In this document: piece by piece, positions 46,664 to 55,992 of the stretch
How positions within the stretch are numbered: the stretch's first letter is position 1
Layout of the letters: each line of letters begins with the position of its first letter
Source of the DNA: Klebsiella phage iPHaGe-KPN-11i
Sequence record: OR637327.1
Direction: 5' to 3' (one strand)
Length of the DNA stretch: 64,000 nt
The notes under the pieces: generated by a model
The model's input: the letters and a program-made list of their open reading frames with translations, nothing else
What the model was told of the DNA's origin: nothing
Databases searched by the model: none
Made by a program: the position numbers and the translations under genes

Positions 46664-46968
46664 AGTTCACTCAGTCCTTTCTCAAATAAGGCGATCGTTT
46701 CGTACTTATACCCACGATTCACCACGAAGCAATGATTTTCGCCTAATTTCTCAAGCATTGCAATAGCACGGTGCTCATCTTTTTTATCTTTCAGCAGATA
46801 AGCAATTCGAACAACCTCTTTTAGTGTCGCGTTGTCCACCTGTTCCAACTTGAACCCGTAGCCCACCAACTTACAAAAAAGCCCCTTGCGAGCGACAAGG
46901 GGCTGATTGTTGTAGAAGACTACTGATCCGTTATCGTTGGCGCGGATATTAAATCCTTGCTCGCTCAC
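46660..46968 (-). CDS. hypothetical protein
   Basis: A 102 aa ORF with an ATGA overlap into dam. Confidence 0.45.
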   Translation of the reverse strand: MSEQGFNIRANDNGSVVFYNNQPLVARKGLFCKLVGYGFKLEQVDNATLKEVVRIAYLLKDKKDEHRAIAMLEKLGENHCFVVNRGYKYETIALFEKGLSEL

Positions 46969-48382
46969 GGATAACCCCTACTGTATCGGAGGTGTTTAAT
47001 ACACCGTTCTCGTAATACGTAATCATCGCATCACGCCACCCGTCAGGAATCTCAGTTTCCAGAGTGTCGATTGTTTTGAATTCCACACCGTTAGTGATGG
47101 TCATCAGCAAACCTTTCTTACTCTGTTTCCATTCGGAACCTTTCGGGCATTTGTAAACGCCTTTCCACACACCATTCACGCGGATAGCGCACAGTTTTTC
47201 AGCATACTTTTGAGTGTCGCGGGTAACTTCTTGCAGCAAACCGCCGCCCATACCGAACGCGATATTCTCACTCGCCCACTTGTTCGCTTCCATCCAACTT
47301 AACACACGGTTGATTGTTTCAGGCCCGTGGATCTCGTCGCCTTGGATGATTCGAACTGAATTATGCAGAACTTTGTAACCTTTGCTGTTTACGGTGTATC
47401 CGAAGATTTCGCCCAGTTTACGCAGGGTGTACATGATGTTATCAATCATATCACCGGAATCAGGACGAACAACCAGAGTACCACCCGCAGCAATGATTTG
47501 CTCTTTATATTCAGCAATGCGATCTACAGCGCCTTTGTAGTCCCAGGAATCGTACACGCAAGCGTAGAACCCTGTACCAAACATTTCGATGCTGTTTTTG
47601 TATGCTTCGTCTTCGTTCTCTTTACCGTAGGAAATCGTAGTCGAATGTTCGCGAGCCGGAATTGAAACACCGATTGCTTCGACGTTTTCAACTTCATCAA
47701 ACAGAGTTTGATAGTCCGCAAACAGACTGATTGCCATAATCATACCTTCAACGGTATCAGTCCCGATGAAGTTATAGAGGTGTGCCAGCCCACCAATACC
47801 CGCAGATTCAGCAGAGGTCGCGCCACGCGCCCCAAAATCATGCAGACGTGTACCCAGTGTGATGTTATATGCTTCACCAGTCAAGTCAGAAGTCATATCC
47901 AGGTAGTGTGCCAGAACCTTTTTACACTCACGCGATAATGTAGACACGGATGACGGATACCAGATACCGCGAATCGTCATTGTCTCAAGCCACCCAGCCA
48001 GCCATGAAAATTCATGTTCGGCGTACACAGTCGCAACGGCGTTTTTAACCGGAACAACCGTACCTTCTGGGATCGCACGGAAAGTAACAGGGACATAACC
48101 CAGTTCTGCGATCTTCTTCCACCCTTCGTAGTTGAAAATCTCTTTCCCAAAGTGCTTACGGTAAAGTACCCGTGCCAACTCAACTTGTTTCATGGTAATA
48201 GGTTCAGCAAGAACCCGCGCAACGAAGTTAACGCCAGCGGTTACTACTTCATCAAACTTACCACCGCGAGATTCAATATAGAACATCGCTGCATCAGTGC
48301 CTTGTGGATACTGCATCCAGTGGGACACTTTATAGGAATCAGTTGAGGTGATCAGGCTATTCAGTTCATTAAAAGTTTTCAT
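46949..48382 (-). CDS. nadV: nicotinamide phosphoribosyltransferase (NadV/NAMPT)
   Basis: TDSYKVSHW, HDFGARGA, AREHSTT, RPDSGD, SKGYK and IAFGMGGGLLQ are all NAMPT signatures. Confidence 0.9.
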   Translation of the reverse strand: MKTFNELNSLITSTDSYKVSHWMQYPQGTDAAMFYIESRGGKFDEVVTAGVNFVARVLAEPITMKQVELARVLYRKHFGKEIFNYEGWKKIAELGYVPVTFRAIPEGTVVPVKNAVATVYAEHEFSWLAGWLETMTIRGIWYPSSVSTLSRECKKVLAHYLDMTSDLTGEAYNITLGTRLHDFGARGATSAESAGIGGLAHLYNFIGTDTVEGMIMAISLFADYQTLFDEVENVEAIGVSIPAREHSTTISYGKENEDEAYKNSIEMFGTGFYACVYDSWDYKGAVDRIAEYKEQIIAAGGTLVVRPDSGDMIDNIMYTLRKLGEIFGYTVNSKGYKVLHNSVRIIQGDEIHGPETINRVLSWMEANKWASENIAFGMGGGLLQEVTRDTQKYAEKLCAIRVNGVWKGVYKCPKGSEWKQSKKGLLMTITNGVEFKTIDTLETEIPDGWRDAMITYYENGVLNTSDTVGVIRERARI

Positions 48383-48405
48383 TTAAACGTACTCCACGTT
48401 TTGAT

Positions 48406-48819
48406 TTAAAAGATACGATCCAAACGTTCTGGATGGATCGTGTTCCAGTATTTACTCTTACAGTCTTTCCTGGATTTTTTACCATTAGAGCAGAACACCT
48501 TATGATATGTCGTCTTCTTGTGCAACTCTTTGCACGTAGGACAGGTGATCATGGTTCCTACTTTAGCGGCTTTTGCAACATCGTACAATTGTTTGATGTC
48601 CTTCTGCCGCTCGGACGTAATGACACGCCCGTTTACTTCTTTGACAACCGTTTCAGTTCGAATCGAACCATCGGAATATTTAACAGGAGTTTTGACTTGC
48701 TTCGGCGCATTTGCTTGTTGCAAAAGCCTTAGAGTTTCTCGACGTAAATTATGACCACAAAAATCATCGTCGTCATCGTCATAGCCACCCCAGCTATCAA
48801 TATATTCTGCTTCACTCAT
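48406..48819 (-). CDS. zinc-finger hypothetical protein with a poly-Asp tract
   Basis: A 137 aa ORF containing DDDDDDFCGH and CPTCK...C. Confidence 0.45.
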   Translation of the reverse strand: MSEAEYIDSWGGYDDDDDDFCGHNLRRETLRLLQQANAPKQVKTPVKYSDGSIRTETVVKEVNGRVITSERQKDIKQLYDVAKAAKVGTMITCPTCKELHKKTTYHKVFCSNGKKSRKDCKSKYWNTIHPERLDRIF

Positions 48820-48828
48820 GTTCGATCC

Positions 48829-49080
48829 TTAGTTGCTGGTCAGTAAGAAGACCCGGTTGTCGCTATAGTCGATGTAGCAATCCCACCAACCCGCACAGTT
48901 AACACCATCTTTTTCAAGGCTTATGATTTTAACGCTGGTTGCAACGTCATCATATTCATAAACCGCACCCAGTTCGTTCAGCATTGCTTCAACGTTAGCC
49001 CGTAAGCCTTTACCGTTGTGTGCTACACCATTCAGTGCCAAGCAGTAGCCAGCGCAAGTAGGTACTAATTTGATTTCCAT
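48829..49080 (-). CDS. hypothetical protein
   Basis: An 83 aa ORF. Confidence 0.45.
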   Translation of the reverse strand: MEIKLVPTCAGYCLALNGVAHNGKGLRANVEAMLNELGAVYEYDDVATSVKIISLEKDGVNCAGWWDCYIDYSDNRVFLLTSN

Positions 49081-49105
49081 GATGTTTTCCTTTTAGGTTA
49101 GTGTC

Positions 49106-49163
49106 TTGTCTACGGGAGCTATATTACCACACTCATAACTCCCGTCAACAAGTTTTTCGAATT
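49106..49163 (-). promoter_or_regulatory. PeSL-type cassette, copy 2 (near-identical to 1405-1453, in inverted orientation)
   Basis: On the - strand: ttcgaaaaacTTGTTGACgggagtt...TAATATagctcccgtagacaa. Both arms, the -35 and the -10 are conserved relative to copy 1. Confidence 0.55.
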
Positions 49164-49167
49164 ATTT

Positions 49168-49611
49168 TCACCAGGTGATGTAATAAGTCAGATCGCTATA
49201 TCCGTCACGCTTAGGATCGCTAAAGTTGGTAATACGACGCGAACCCGCGAAGGTATTGAGTAACGCAGCTTGTCGGTTGCGCTGGGTATCGAAAGTAAAC
49301 CCTTCTTCCGCCAGCCATTCACCCAGATCCGCATATGCTTTTTCGGTACATTCCTGATCCATAACCTTACCGATAAAACGTTTCATATCAAAGGTATATG
49401 CTTGTTTAGTCGGATATTTCAGGACATACTCGGAAATGTCTTTACGGGATGCTTCGACCATTTTCGCGTTGATTTCATCAACCAGTTTACGCGCACGTTC
49501 CGCCAGTGTCGGGCTACGTCCACAGCGGGGATCATCTTGTGTTTCGCGTTTGACCCACGATGTCCCGCTTCCCGCCTGTGCGTTCACACCGATTCCATTG
49601 ATTTCTACCAT
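49168..49611 (-). CDS. hypothetical protein
   Basis: A 147 aa ORF with a ggcgaaacataATG leader. Confidence 0.45.
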   Translation of the reverse strand: MVEINGIGVNAQAGSGTSWVKRETQDDPRCGRSPTLAERARKLVDEINAKMVEASRKDISEYVLKYPTKQAYTFDMKRFIGKVMDQECTEKAYADLGEWLAEEGFTFDTQRNRQAALLNTFAGSRRITNFSDPKRDGYSDLTYYITW

Positions 49612-49680
49612 TATGTTTCGCCTTTTTTAATGCCTCTTCAACAGAGAGGCGTTCGTAATTACGTGATTGTTCGGGAGTTA

Positions 49681-50262
49681 TCACCAGAGAAAATTCAGAG
49701 TAGGAGGTTTAGTGTTAATCCCTAAAGTATCGCAGACTTCATCCAGAACTTTTTGATTCCAAAGATTGAACGTTGGAACCTTATACAATCTGGCAAGCCT
49801 TGCAGCGATCGCAGTACCACCTTTAACACAAAAATCTTTCTCTACCGCCCAGAATAGAACAAAATCTGTAGGTTTGTCCAGGTTTTCGGTTAATACCTGC
49901 ATTGAATTGCGAGCGTATCGGCGTTGTGTCCATTCGCTTTGGTTGTCGAAGTGTCCAGCTACCTTTCTCGCTTCGTCAGCGGCTTTGTACGTGTCGTATT
50001 CTGTATAGTCGATGATATCCTTACCATTCGAATACAACCCGTTAAAACCGTTCTCAGGGAGGATTATACGCCGTCTTTCTGGTGAGTAGTCAAACATGAA
50101 ATGGCTATCCATTCCAGGAGCACCACCAGAGTAAGCGAAGATCCCCCGATCACTTAAAGCACGTCCAATCTTTATGGCTATACTCGCGATACGTTCAGGG
50201 GGTTCACGGCTACCGATCAGGGTAGCCGTTTTTGCGTTTTCGAGAACAGATTTAAAATTCAT
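49681..50262 (-). CDS. DprA/Smf-like Rossmann-fold (SLOG superfamily) protein
   Basis: LIGSREPP....IGRALSDRGIFAYSGGAPGMDS fits the DprA/SLOG GSR...SGGAxGxD signature. Confidence 0.55.
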   Translation of the reverse strand: MNFKSVLENAKTATLIGSREPPERIASIAIKIGRALSDRGIFAYSGGAPGMDSHFMFDYSPERRRIILPENGFNGLYSNGKDIIDYTEYDTYKAADEARKVAGHFDNQSEWTQRRYARNSMQVLTENLDKPTDFVLFWAVEKDFCVKGGTAIAARLARLYKVPTFNLWNQKVLDEVCDTLGINTKPPTLNFLW

Positions 50263-51298
50263 TGTTCAGGATTGCGCCCCAGTTCTCACGAACCAGATTT
50301 GACGCTTCGTTAGTGAAGGTTTTCTTCGCCAGCGTTGGGTTTTCGAACTGTTCCAGGAAAGGCCCGTAGTTACGTTCGATTTCTTCCAGCGCATCCTGTA
50401 CAGTCAGCCCCATCACGCGACCGAAATCTTTCGCGGTGAGATTCGCGCTGTCAATTTTGGACAGGACGTTTTTCACGCGGTTTTCAGTCAGGAAGCAAGT
50501 GAATTCGTTCAGCTTCGCTTTGTCTGTTTCTGACAGTTCAGAAGGAGCATTGAAGCGGTTCGCTTGCTTGTTCTTCTTCTCTGTGAACTTCGTCGTTTTG
50601 CATTTGATTGCAACGCGTTCACCGTTCGGCATGAAAGCAGGTTGAACAGGCTTCATCACGAAACCTTCTGCGATGTTCTCACCTTCACCATCTTTCAGCG
50701 TCATGAAGTTTTTGAACTCAGGTTCAACGCCGTTCTTTGCAGGGATCGCACCGGAGTTCGCCAGGTTAACCACCGAATCAAAGGTGATAGGAAGTGCGCG
50801 GATCTCGTCAAAAGAACCGTATGCCAGCAGTGGAGCCATTTTCAGACCTACAGCAACGGAATACGTGGCTACAACGTTATCAGGGAGGAATTCACCATTA
50901 ACGCGGATATCGAATACGTAGAAATCTTTTTCGCCGTAGTCAACATCTTTCTGGACACCACGCCCCGCAAATTCGCCGTATACCTGAACAACCAAAGAAC
51001 CAGTATCAGCATATTCCTTATATTCACAGGCATTTGCTAAAATTTCCCACAGCTTACGAACAGGTTCGGAGTATTTTGCAACTACTGGTTCACAACCGTA
51101 GAACTGTTCAGCAGGGAGAATTTCACCGCTACGTTTTGCCGGAATGACTTTGATACCGTCCGAGGTAATCAGGCTAAAATTAGCCCCGTGGATCTTTTCA
51201 CGCGCAACCCACACACAACCAGTAAAACCATTCATGATCACACCATTGATGAATTTACCTTCATAATGGTTAGTCAGAGAAGAATATTTCACAAACAT
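50252..51298 (-). CDS. rnlB: RNA ligase 2 (RnlB)
   Basis: YSSLxNHY...FI, WVAREKIHGxNFSLI and KDFGKVMGLTVQD match T4 Rnl2, including the KxHGxN nucleotidyltransferase motif. Confidence 0.9.
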   Translation of the reverse strand: MFVKYSSLTNHYEGKFINGVIMNGFTGCVWVAREKIHGANFSLITSDGIKVIPAKRSGEILPAEQFYGCEPVVAKYSEPVRKLWEILANACEYKEYADTGSLVVQVYGEFAGRGVQKDVDYGEKDFYVFDIRVNGEFLPDNVVATYSVAVGLKMAPLLAYGSFDEIRALPITFDSVVNLANSGAIPAKNGVEPEFKNFMTLKDGEGENIAEGFVMKPVQPAFMPNGERVAIKCKTTKFTEKKNKQANRFNAPSELSETDKAKLNEFTCFLTENRVKNVLSKIDSANLTAKDFGRVMGLTVQDALEEIERNYGPFLEQFENPTLAKKTFTNEASNLVRENWGAILNNEF

Positions 51299-51301
51299 AA
51301 T

Positions 51302-51844
51302 TTAACCTTTGATTTTCAGTTGTTTTTCAATTTGATACGCAGCTTTGCGTAACAGTTTCAGTTTTACTTCTGGAAGGATCACAGAACCCTTCATAAACGC
51401 ATCGAGATTTGATTTCTCGCTATTCGCGGCGCTGGTTACTGCGATCGTGTTTTCAACCGTATACCCCAGAGAAGCGTTGATTCGTTCCATTGTTCGGGAG
51501 TCAGAGCAACCGCCTTTATTGCTAAACGGTCTGCCGGAGTAAGAACATACGGGTTCACTCATTAACTTCGCCCAGTCGCTTAACGTCAGAGCAAATTGAA
51601 GGTTGCGGTTACGCGCATCATCGTTTTTACTGTTGTATGAACGAGCGACACGCAGATCGAATTCAATTTGTTTTGCACGGCGGCGGTGTTCTAACTCAGC
51701 AGGATCGAGGGATACCAAAGTTTGAACCTTTTTCGGGGATACCGTTTCCGATTCTACTGGCTTTGGTTTTGTCTCAACCTTCACCAAATCCTTTTTGATA
51801 GTCGAAGTTATCACGCCCGACCAGCGATTCATCATTGAAGACAT
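51302..51844 (-). CDS. free-standing HNH endonuclease (Mob-like homing endonuclease candidate)
   Basis: CSYSGRPF...SRTMERINASLGYTVENTIAV fits an HNH_3-type motif. Confidence 0.55.
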   Translation of the reverse strand: MSSMMNRWSGVITSTIKKDLVKVETKPKPVESETVSPKKVQTLVSLDPAELEHRRRAKQIEFDLRVARSYNSKNDDARNRNLQFALTLSDWAKLMSEPVCSYSGRPFSNKGGCSDSRTMERINASLGYTVENTIAVTSAANSEKSNLDAFMKGSVILPEVKLKLLRKAAYQIEKQLKIKG

Positions 51845-51853
51845 ATAAACCCC

Positions 51854-52198
51854 TTACACCAAACCCGCTTCCTGGAACGCCAGCGCCATAGCGCCGTTGA
51901 TTGCTTTACGTTTGTTATCTGGACGCGGATCGCGTTTAGCTTTTGTCTTAGGCTTACGCTGTTCTTCACGATGTTTATTGATGTACACACGGCGCAGAGC
52001 ATGTTTCACTTTTGGATTTTCTGCGCGGAAAGCACGAATTCGCTCAATTTCCTGAACAATTACGTAAATATCGCCGTTATCGAGCATGTGCTCACGGGCG
52101 ATCTGTGCATAGCCCAGTTTCAGATCATTGAATTTGAAATGAATCTGTACTTTTTCCTGCTGGCTAACTTCGCTGATATTACGCTGAACGATTTTCAT
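51854..52198 (-). CDS. hypothetical basic protein
   Basis: A 114 aa ORF with an aaaggaaag RBS. Confidence 0.45.
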   Translation of the reverse strand: MKIVQRNISEVSQQEKVQIHFKFNDLKLGYAQIAREHMLDNGDIYVIVQEIERIRAFRAENPKVKHALRRVYINKHREEQRKPKTKAKRDPRPDNKRKAINGAMALAFQEAGLV

Positions 52199-52200
52199 AG

Positions 52201-52527
52201 TTACTTTCCTTTAGTAGAATCAATTTTACGAATAAACTCTAACACTTCGGCATTTCTGCTGTCAACATTTTTAAGAACAAAAGTTACAATTACATGAACA
52301 CCGGATGCTTCGTTCCAACCATCAGCACAAGGGATCAACAGATCATCCAGAGTGTTGACAAGGTTTTCCATATCCGCAGGGTGATCGACAAACAAAGTTT
52401 GCGTTTCGGTGATACTGGCTTTGAATCGTTTCCCGATCTGTGCTTCGAGTTCGTCCAGCATCCCAGCAGATAACGCGGCGATGTCGATGTTTTTCATTCC
52501 ACCATATACAACATGAAATAGTTTCAT
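52201..52527 (-). CDS. hypothetical protein
   Basis: The start is taken at the internal ATG with a gaggt RBS and an ATGA overlap. Confidence 0.45.
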   Translation of the reverse strand: MKLFHVVYGGMKNIDIAALSAGMLDELEAQIGKRFKASITETQTLFVDHPADMENLVNTLDDLLIPCADGWNEASGVHVIVTFVLKNVDSRNAEVLEFIRKIDSTKGK

Positions 52528-52889
52528 ATACAACTAACCTCATTTTCGTATTTTTCGCGTTCGAAACAGTCGGGTTCGTTCCAGATCTGGTCAAACTCAC
52601 GTTTCGTCATGATATAGCCACGGGCGATTTTGCGAGTTAGATCTGAACCGATCGGAGCATACCACAAAATCAATTTACACACCATTCCCTGAACCAGACA
52701 ATCATACAGCCCTTTTTCCAGGGTGCGTACATCTGTTACGCTATCGACTAAATCAGGGGCGCATCGTTCAGGATGGCCTTTCCACTGACTTTCGATGATG
52801 TCGTTTAGTTCCCTGTGAAAATAAATCCACGATTGGAACGACGCATCAGGCGGATTTGATTTGCAACCAGCAGGATAAAATTCAAGCAT
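52524..52889 (-). CDS. hypothetical protein
   Basis: The ATG with a gagg RBS is preferred. An alternative ATG lies at 52904. Confidence 0.4.
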   Translation of the reverse strand: MLEFYPAGCKSNPPDASFQSWIYFHRELNDIIESQWKGHPERCAPDLVDSVTDVRTLEKGLYDCLVQGMVCKLILWYAPIGSDLTRKIARGYIMTKREFDQIWNEPDCFEREKYENEVSCI

Positions 52890-53055
52890 TTTGATCAGCC
52901 TCATTCGCAATACAGATCGCCATGAAGGTAAACATAACCCCCAACGCCACCATCCAGATCGCGGTTAAATCTCCGTACATGGAAGAATAACCACCCATCA
53001 CTTCAACGCGATATCCCAGCAAGAAAACGAGATACGCTAACACCTTATCTTTCAT
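52882..53055 (-). CDS. small membrane protein (57 aa)
   Basis: It is below the ORF-track cutoff. It has a GAGGA RBS, two hydrophobic segments, and fills the gap between genes. Confidence 0.4.
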   Translation of the reverse strand: MKDKVLAYLVFLLGYRVEVMGGYSSMYGDLTAIWMVALGVMFTFMAICIANEADQNA

Positions 53056-53369
53056 AATTCCTCACAGAAAGCCCATGCAGCATGATAAACGCTTGCGCCT
53101 TTGTCATCGTTCATGCATACCACATCTACCGGACACACAACCCGATACAGTACCGGATCACCACCTATTGAACGTGCAGCCCTTCCAGCGTAGATCCGAG
53201 CCAGCCCGATATCAGCAGTGAAGAAAACACGATCCAGATTTTTCTTTCTGCCTTTTTCAGACAGAGTATCAGAAGCACAAGGAGGCAACAACATGCTTTC
53301 AATTCCGGCAGCAGTACATGATCCGTGATAGAACTCAACGAACTCTTTGCGGCAGTGAATGGTATTCAT
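53052..53369 (-). CDS. hypothetical protein (YHGS motif)
   Basis: A 105 aa ORF with a strong RBS (aaggagataaccATG). Confidence 0.5.
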   Translation of the reverse strand: MNTIHCRKEFVEFYHGSCTAAGIESMLLPPCASDTLSEKGRKKNLDRVFFTADIGLARIYAGRAARSIGGDPVLYRVVCPVDVVCMNDDKGASVYHAAWAFCEEL

Positions 53370-53545
53370 GGTTATCTCCTTGTTTTCAGAGATTACAGCT
53401 TATCGTTATTCGCCCGACAAGTCAACAAATTCTTTTTCAACGTCTTCTTTTGTTCTGGACAGGTAATCCGTCGAAAAATTACACTATAAACACACTCATA
53501 AACCGTGTCAATAAATACTTTTAAATAAACACATGGAGTTCTAAG

Positions 53546-54379
53546 ATGAAATCATTCAAAGACTTTACGAGCCTTGATGAAGCGCTGATCACCTTCGGCG
53601 GTAAGGCTTATCCTAAATTTGGTCAGGTAGTCATCCTGGCTGGCGGTGCGGGTTCTGGTAAAGGGTTCACCCTCGAAAAGCTGTTAGGCATCGAAGGTAT
53701 CACACTGGACGTTGACGCACTCAAAAAACTGGTAATGGGTAGTACCAAACTGGCAGCAGAGATCAAAGCGAAAACTGGTCACGATGTCAAAACAATGAAC
53801 CTGAAAAACCCGGACAACGTAGCAACCCTGCATCATGTGATCGCGGACGTGTTCAACGTATCAAACAAAAACCAGGCGCGTGTTTACGCGGGTATCACAT
53901 CAGCACCGGAAGATCGTAAACCAAACCTGATTTTCGACGTTACCCTAAAAAGCATGAGTAAGCTGGCAAGTATCGCCCGTGATGTTGAAGCGCTGGGTTA
54001 TCAGAAAGAAAACATCCATATCGTTTGGGTTATGAACGATGTTCATATTGCGATGCAACAGAACCTTAAACGCGATCGTGTTGTGCCTAAAGAAATCCTC
54101 ATGGATACCCACGAAGGAGCAGCGCTCACTATGGCGAAGATCCTGAATATGGGCGACTCTCTGAAACAGTACATGGACGGCGATATCTGGATCAGTTTCA
54201 ACAAAGTAGGCATTGACAGCGAAATCAAGAAATCTGACAAAGGCGGTATGTTTGTTGTTAAGTCTAACTACATCAAAGTTAAGGCAAAAGGCAAGCCGCA
54301 AAAATCCATTGACCAGCTTGATAAAGAGTTGGTGGCTAAAGTTGCAGCATACGCACCGAAAACTGATACATGGGGTTGA
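53546..54379 (+). CDS. P-loop nucleotide kinase-like protein (GxGxGKG Walker A)
   Basis: LAGGAGSGKGFT resembles an NMP-kinase-type P-loop. The protein is 277 aa. Confidence 0.5.
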   Translation: MKSFKDFTSLDEALITFGGKAYPKFGQVVILAGGAGSGKGFTLEKLLGIEGITLDVDALKKLVMGSTKLAAEIKAKTGHDVKTMNLKNPDNVATLHHVIADVFNVSNKNQARVYAGITSAPEDRKPNLIFDVTLKSMSKLASIARDVEALGYQKENIHIVWVMNDVHIAMQQNLKRDRVVPKEILMDTHEGAALTMAKILNMGDSLKQYMDGDIWISFNKVGIDSEIKKSDKGGMFVVKSNYIKVKAKGKPQKSIDQLDKELVAKVAAYAPKTDTWG

Positions 54380-54404
54380 CAATAGGAACATATATGAATA
54401 TGAT
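54376..54404 (+). promoter_or_regulatory. sigma70-like promoter
   Basis: The -35 TTGACA is followed by a 17 nt spacer and a -10 TATGAT. Confidence 0.55.
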
Positions 54405-54428
54405 GCACACACAAACCGAGGAATTGAT

Positions 54429-54896
54429 ATGAAAAAGTTTTTGTTCGATATGGATGGTGTACTGTTCAACTGGGAAGGTTCTTTTGTTCCGATGTACGGC
54501 GACCCAGCGAGAATGCCGGAAGAAGAATTGAAAAAAGCGAAACAGGCTATATCACAAACTGACTTCTACGAAAATCTGGAACCATTACAAGAGGGCATCG
54601 ACCTGTTCTGTCATTTGAGAACTTTAGGTCAGGTTGCGATCTTAACCAGCGTAGGGAAATACAATTCCGATGCGGTAGCAGAACAAAAAAGAAAAGCGTT
54701 GATGAAGGTGTTCGGTTATCTGCCTGAATTCCACTACACCAAAAGCAGCGGAGAGAAAGCAGCATATGCGGACAAAGGTATACTGATTGATGACAGGGCA
54801 AAAGCTGTGTTGCCATTCAGAAAAGCCGGAGGTAACGCGATTCTCTTCGTTGGTAGCAAAGAAGAAGCATTGAAAGAAATCAGAAAAATTGCATAA
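54429..54896 (+). CDS. HAD-superfamily 5-prime(3-prime)-deoxyribonucleotidase-like phosphatase
   Basis: The HAD motif I FDMDGVL lies at the N-terminus. The start is taken at the internal ATG with a gaggaattgatATG RBS. Confidence 0.6.
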   Translation: MKKFLFDMDGVLFNWEGSFVPMYGDPARMPEEELKKAKQAISQTDFYENLEPLQEGIDLFCHLRTLGQVAILTSVGKYNSDAVAEQKRKALMKVFGYLPEFHYTKSSGEKAAYADKGILIDDRAKAVLPFRKAGGNAILFVGSKEEALKEIRKIA

Positions 54897-54935
54897 AAGA
54901 AAGGGAACCGCAATGGTTCCCTTTTTTGTTTATGG
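54896..54935. terminator. bidirectional rho-independent terminator
   Basis: agggaaccgcaatggttccctttttt, located between convergent genes. Confidence 0.7.
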
Positions 54936-55430
54936 TGTGTAATCCGCAAAGGAGCGGTTCACATCCTGAATAGTGATGTTCATATCGTCGTTCAGGAAAA
55001 CACTACGATATTTCCCTGCGCTATCCCATGCTTGACGATGCTTATCATTGCGGGAGATCAGAGGGCAACGGTAAGCGTGGGCTTTCAGTTCGTTCAGATC
55101 CCGACAAGTCCAGAAGTCTAAACGTACAATACCCATCTGTGCGCATACTTTATCCATGTACGCGATTTTTTGACTATTCACCCAGGACGGGCTTTTTGCT
55201 TCGTTGACGAGAATAAAACCGACTTCGCGATCGCGATAGGTCATGCCCCATTTCATCATATCCCAACCCAACACCTCGATCGCCAGTTTTTCATAGAAAT
55301 CTGTACGAACCAGGGACGATACAGCAGCTTCATATTCTGCATCTGTCATGTTTTGAGGACGTTTGCCAAATTTGGCTTCGATCGCATCGCTGAATTTTGC
55401 GAATACATCATTGAATTCAAATAGCAGCAT
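54930..55430 (-). CDS. hypothetical protein, a possible degenerate HAD nucleotidase paralogue
   Basis: It shares the TDFYEKL segment with the convergent gene at 54429 but lacks the DxDGVL motif. Confidence 0.45.
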   Translation of the reverse strand: MLLFEFNDVFAKFSDAIEAKFGKRPQNMTDAEYEAAVSSLVRTDFYEKLAIEVLGWDMMKWGMTYRDREVGFILVNEAKSPSWVNSQKIAYMDKVCAQMGIVRLDFWTCRDLNELKAHAYRCPLISRNDKHRQAWDSAGKYRSVFLNDDMNITIQDVNRSFADYTP

Positions 55431-55446
55431 TGTTTACCTTCTTAGT

Positions 55447-55965
55447 TTATACGGTAATAGTTACTGGTTGTGCTTTAACGTTTACCGTCAGAGTTGCAGT
55501 AACAGATCCAGAGGTTGCTGTTACGACAACATCACCTTCACTAACCGCATGAAGTTTACCACCAACGATAGAACCATGACCGGAAGAGTCAACACTCAGA
55601 GTCATTGCTGTACCAGAAGGATCGATGGTAAACAGATCAGTTGCAGCCAGATCCGCATCACCTACTTTGAAATCAGCAGGAGCGGTTTTCGGTGTAATTG
55701 TTACGACAGGTTCAGCAGGAGTAAAATCACTCAGCTTATACAGATAACCGTTACGGGATTCGATGAAATCAACATCGGTGTAATCAATATACGCTTGTTT
55801 CAGTGTGTCGAATTCTTTCGCGTATTTTTCTTCGGCATAATCACGCCAGTCTTCGCTTGCAGCATTCGCAGCCACGATGATATCAAAGATCCACCACGGC
55901 AGATAGGTAAAGCTGGTGTTACGCCACGGGATCGGGTGTACCGTAGTCCATTTTTCTGTAGCCAT
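55447..55965 (-). CDS. hypothetical protein with a C-terminal Ig-like (Big_2-type) domain
   Basis: The ATG has an AAGAGG RBS. The C-terminal TVNVKAQPVTITV fits a beta-sandwich pattern. Confidence 0.45.
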   Translation of the reverse strand: MATEKWTTVHPIPWRNTSFTYLPWWIFDIIVAANAASEDWRDYAEEKYAKEFDTLKQAYIDYTDVDFIESRNGYLYKLSDFTPAEPVVTITPKTAPADFKVGDADLAATDLFTIDPSGTAMTLSVDSSGHGSIVGGKLHAVSEGDVVVTATSGSVTATLTVNVKAQPVTITV

Positions 55966-55992
55966 TTTCAAAACCTCTTAGTTTTTCTCTAT

